This document shows, one piece after another, positions 24,932 to 28,080 of a DNA stretch of 28,080 nt (positions are counted from its first letter, which is position 1; each line of letters begins with the position of its first letter). The position numbers were made by a program, and so were the translations under genes. The notes below the pieces were generated by a model that had not been told where the DNA came from, made no database searches, and was given only the letters and a program-made list of their open reading frames with translations. The DNA lies in IMG/VR virus record IMGVR_UViG_3300027852_000470, positions 1 through 28,080 of that record; one strand, 5' to 3'. This DNA is from a virus (Duplodnaviria; Caudoviricetes).

Positions 24932-26585
24932 CCATCACTCCCATTGCAGCAGCCCCTTTGCCGATTTGTTCGGCTACTTCACCGCCACGCTGCAAATCAT
25001 TCATCATCTGCTCTTGCTCTTGCTGTTCTGCCCGGGCCTCGGCAATTTCATTCATTGCGTCATCATTTCGCATCCATCTTGCAGGAGCGCCCGCTCCCTT
25101 GATTGCGTCTCTCAGGGCCTTCCTGCTATCAACCATACTGAACAGATCCGGCTCCATCGCAGCAGCATCGGCCAGCAATGCCTTGGTTTCCATGTAAATC
25201 TGCGTATCCTTGCGGTCTTCATTTTCCTGTAATGGAGAGGTAAACTTGAACTCCACTTCAGCCCCGCGCAACTCTTCAGGCATATCCCTTGGATCACCAA
25301 AGGCTCCCGCCTGCATCATTGTTGCAAACGTCATGTCACACAGGCCGCCATTATATTCCTGCTCCATCGGCTCAAACAACGGTAACGCCTGCCTGATATA
25401 TTCCTGTATTCTCTGGCTGGTTTCATAGGCTGTCATACTGCTACCGGCCTCAGGAAGTGTAAGCTTATCCAGAAAAAACGCTTCCCTAATCATTTCCTTT
25501 GCATCTCGCGCCATTTCAGCGCCGAAAGGCAGTCCGCTGTAATCTTGTGGAATTGGTCTTAACGCCTCGCCTAGACGCTCGTCATATTCAGCATCAACCC
25601 ATGTTACACCACCAGACCACAGTTCCAGATTTGACTTGATCATCTGAGCCTGACCAATCATAGGCGGCTGCGCTGCCTTTTCTCCCGCATCAAGAAGCGT
25701 ATAGGTCATGGACTGAATTAGTCTTGCATCAGGCAGCGCTGTAATAGCAGCAGGCGAATAAGCATATGCCGAGCCAGAAACCGTCTGCCAGCGCGGAATA
25801 ACATACGTCAACAAATGCGACGGCACTTCTTCAATAACATGCCGATTAGTCACATCAACATAATAGGACCGGAACCGAAACTTCTTCTCTCTTGCAGGCA
25901 CATCGCCTGCCCGTTCCGTTGGAACCATGATATGTCGGCAGTCAAGTTCTTGATAAGGGTCTTTTCCGTCTGCTTTTTTCTTCACCTCTGGATGGTTTTT
26001 GTTCCCGAAAGTGTACATCAGGTCAATTGCTGTCGGCTTCCATTTCCTGTGAACCGTATCAACTTCACCCTCGGCATTTTCCGCCCACGCCACATCTCGC
26101 AGATGCCAGTCACGAAACAACAAGGTATTTCCGTCTCTGTTGCGTTCAACCTGAATTACAGCTTGCCCAAAGGCAGCAAAATCCTGATCCCCTTCTTTTG
26201 TCGCACGAACAAATTGAGCCTTCCTGTCGTACATGGCTCGATACTGAACTTCAGACGCCCAGTCGAGCCATTTTCTCGACTCCCCGTTGTCAATGTCCTC
26301 ATGCCCTGTTCTCAGCCCGTAGTGGCCTGTTTCCACTCCGAACCATGTTGTCCCGCGCCTGCGCAACATGGTTGAAAACGAGTTGGACAAATCACGATGA
26401 GCCAAAACCGGATATGAGTTTGACAGATGCGAGGTCAGATCATCGCCGGGCGTAATTTTGTTTGTGAAGTCAGCACGAAGAGGATAAAAATTCTCGGCAA
26501 TCTCCTGCCACAAATTAAGCAATGACGAGCGTTTAGAGAACAGGTTATCCCCCTGCTTGATTAACTCTTCTGCGCGGGCGTCCAT
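24912..26585 (-). CDS. portal (head-tail connector), T7 gp8/BPP-1-like
   Basis: 557 aa; WQEIAE-FYP, PRW---SG--Y--SPA--ALPD, MTAYE---R--E, F-SPL. Confidence 0.9.
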   Translation of the reverse strand: MDARAEELIKQGDNLFSKRSSLLNLWQEIAENFYPLRADFTNKITPGDDLTSHLSNSYPVLAHRDLSNSFSTMLRRRGTTWFGVETGHYGLRTGHEDIDNGESRKWLDWASEVQYRAMYDRKAQFVRATKEGDQDFAAFGQAVIQVERNRDGNTLLFRDWHLRDVAWAENAEGEVDTVHRKWKPTAIDLMYTFGNKNHPEVKKKADGKDPYQELDCRHIMVPTERAGDVPAREKKFRFRSYYVDVTNRHVIEEVPSHLLTYVIPRWQTVSGSAYAYSPAAITALPDARLIQSMTYTLLDAGEKAAQPPMIGQAQMIKSNLELWSGGVTWVDAEYDERLGEALRPIPQDYSGLPFGAEMARDAKEMIREAFFLDKLTLPEAGSSMTAYETSQRIQEYIRQALPLFEPMEQEYNGGLCDMTFATMMQAGAFGDPRDMPEELRGAEVEFKFTSPLQENEDRKDTQIYMETKALLADAAAMEPDLFSMVDSRKALRDAIKGAGAPARWMRNDDAMNEIAEARAEQQEQEQMMNDLQRGGEVAEQIGKGAAAMGVMDENQAV

Positions 26586-26795
26586 TTAGCCACCCAATGT
26601 CGAGGTATTAACATTGCCAGTGTTAATCGTGGAAAGCCGACCGGATCGGGAACGTCGCGTTGAGTTCCTGCGTCTTGCTGCGTTCTTGGCCGCTATGTTT
26701 TCAGGATCTGGCATAGGCGCAGGGTCTTCAATCGGAGGTAATGGCTCGGCCTTTGGAACCTTTGGGCTGAATAATGATTTACCGGGGAGTCTCAT
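26586..26795 (-). CDS. small Pro/Arg-rich virion protein (T7 gp7.3 position) ending in TLGG
   Basis: RRSRSGRLSTI motif; directly upstream of portal. Confidence 0.65.
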   Translation of the reverse strand: MRLPGKSLFSPKVPKAEPLPPIEDPAPMPDPENIAAKNAARRRNSTRRSRSGRLSTINTGNVNTSTLGG

Positions 26796-27145
26796 CTGCT
26801 TCTCCTTAGATACTTGTATAATTGATATGGCGTTATTGCTGTTGACCGGATAGAAAGCACGGCCTTTACCATTCCCACGCAGTTAGCTATGGCAAACGGT
26901 GATTTAGGCGGCTTGTCACGCTGTTCTGTTTCAACAACTGTAAAGCCCTGTAATTCGTAAAATTCCTTTAAATCTTCTGTTTCCATGCTCTCGAATATGT
27001 CAATGTTTGGTATGCCTGCCCGGCCATCAATTACCGCCCATCTATCCCCGTCCCGAACGACAACAAACACATGACGGAACCGGGGATTTAACAGTTTGCT
27101 CAAAAGCCCTTCCCCGTGGCCATGAAAGATAACCAGAGCCTTCAT
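26792..27145 (-). CDS. putative permuted papain-like (NlpC/P60 superfamily) enzyme
   Basis: H25 (RHVFV), D40, N88-C89 (NCVG) and TPYQL; ATGA overlaps at both ends. Confidence 0.55.
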   Translation of the reverse strand: MKALVIFHGHGEGLLSKLLNPRFRHVFVVVRDGDRWAVIDGRAGIPNIDIFESMETEDLKEFYELQGFTVVETEQRDKPPKSPFAIANCVGMVKAVLSIRSTAITPYQLYKYLRRSR

Positions 27146-28080
27146 CGTTTATGCATTCTACTTGTTATTACCTTTGGCGTCAGAACACCCATTCTCTGGT
27201 CTTTCTGGATTATCTGACCTAAAGCTGTCGCCTCACCCTTTGACCAACAAATAATTACCACATCACCCTTATCAGGAGACCTGCCTAAATTTGCAACAAC
27301 ATCCTCTTTTGTTTCGGCCTTTATGCACATGACGCCTTTATGTTGAACAGGCTTCCATCGAATTGACGTAAGGTCAGACAAAAGCTCCTGATCTGGCGGA
27401 AGCTGTATGTGAGAGCCTCCCGGCTGTGACGGATCAAGCGCCTCCCTGAATTTCCAATGAACCTCAGACCTGTAATTATAAAACCCTAACTTTCTGTCTT
27501 TTGTTCGCGCATTGGAGCCCTCGGAGCCTTTATGCGCGTATGGTTCAACACCGTTATCCTCTAGCGTTGTGTACGGGACGCCGCCATATCCACCGCCCAT
27601 ATCAATGATAACGACCGCGTTATCTGTGCGGTTCATTATTACCAGACCTGCAACCTCCTTACCGAGAGGCGTTTCCACACCAGGAATTTCTATAATCGGA
27701 GCAAACCAACTGTCGTGTCGCCATGCCAGAGTAGTTTTATCCTTACCACCAGCAGAGGGGTCAACCGCCATTGAAGACATTGGAATGCCCGCAGGAGGAT
27801 GTTCCTTCCATCTTGCTTGCGCTGCCTGTATCCATGCTGTCGGGATAAGCTGCCACTTGTCATCATCCCGCCCTAACATAAAGTTACCGTCACGAACGGC
27901 AGACCTCAAAGGCTCTGGCAAGGCATCCAGTACCGCCGCATATCCTGAATCCACCAGATACGGATTATCGGATAGAGAGGCTCTAATAAACGTCCTCGTA
28001 TGCGGTATGACCGGACGGTCTTGTCCCGGGAATTCATAAGGCTCCGGGCCATCAACCTCAAAATCCTTTCCATCAGGATC
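27142..28080 (-). CDS. terL: terminase large subunit, 5'-truncated (C-terminal nuclease domain)
   Basis: Frame open to the window edge; RTFI-A-L-DNPYL, AVDPSAGGKDKT, IDMGGG-G, RSPDKGD. Confidence 0.9.
   Translation of the reverse strand, partial: DPDGKDFEVDGPEPYEFPGQDRPVIPHTRTFIRASLSDNPYLVDSGYAAVLDALPEPLRSAVRDGNFMLGRDDDKWQLIPTAWIQAAQARWKEHPPAGIPMSSMAVDPSAGGKDKTTLAWRHDSWFAPIIEIPGVETPLGKEVAGLVIMNRTDNAVVIIDMGGGYGGVPYTTLEDNGVEPYAHKGSEGSNARTKDRKLGFYNYRSEVHWKFREALDPSQPGGSHIQLPPDQELLSDLTSIRWKPVQHKGVMCIKAETKEDVVANLGRSPDKGDVVIICWSKGEATALGQIIQKDQRMGVLTPKVITSRMHKR

Noticed and set aside
9476-28039. Many plus-strand ORFs up to 243 aa (e.g. 15144-15875, 10869-11465, 13521-14090, 25815-26375)
   Set aside because: They lie antisense to well-supported structural genes, are Ser-rich and show no motifs: shadow ORFs

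Overview
A 28-kb segment of a tailed dsDNA phage or prophage with podovirus-type (BPP-1/HTVC010P-like, T7-related) virion gene order. The host is probably Gram-negative (lipobox proteins and a spanin-like pair). Two arms converge on a hairpin terminator at about 5.3 kb. The + strand (1-5249) carries small early/accessory genes. The - strand (28080 to 5409) carries the late operon: terminase large subunit (5'-truncated), a small permuted-papain-like protein, a gp7.3-like peptide, portal, Bbp19-like protein, scaffold, major capsid, a decoration-like protein, tail tubular A and B, a GNAT-like protein, three internal virion (ejection) proteins, tail fibre plus chaperone, and a 7-gene membrane/lysis cassette containing three ORFs missing from the ORF track. 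The best leads are: (i) a structured RNA in the capsid 5' leader with three copies of one ACAAC/CC internal loop; (ii) an ORF-less promoter-terminator unit (about 70-nt sRNA) facing a 29-aa membrane peptide; (iii) a low-GC ADP-ribosyltransferase-like module plus HExxH peptidase inside the 2162-aa ejection protein; (iv) a His/Asp/Cys permuted-papain gene coupled to a peptide ending in LGG; (v) an antisense lipoprotein moron and four TTGCAW promoters. All family assignments come from motif recall and synteny. No database search was run.
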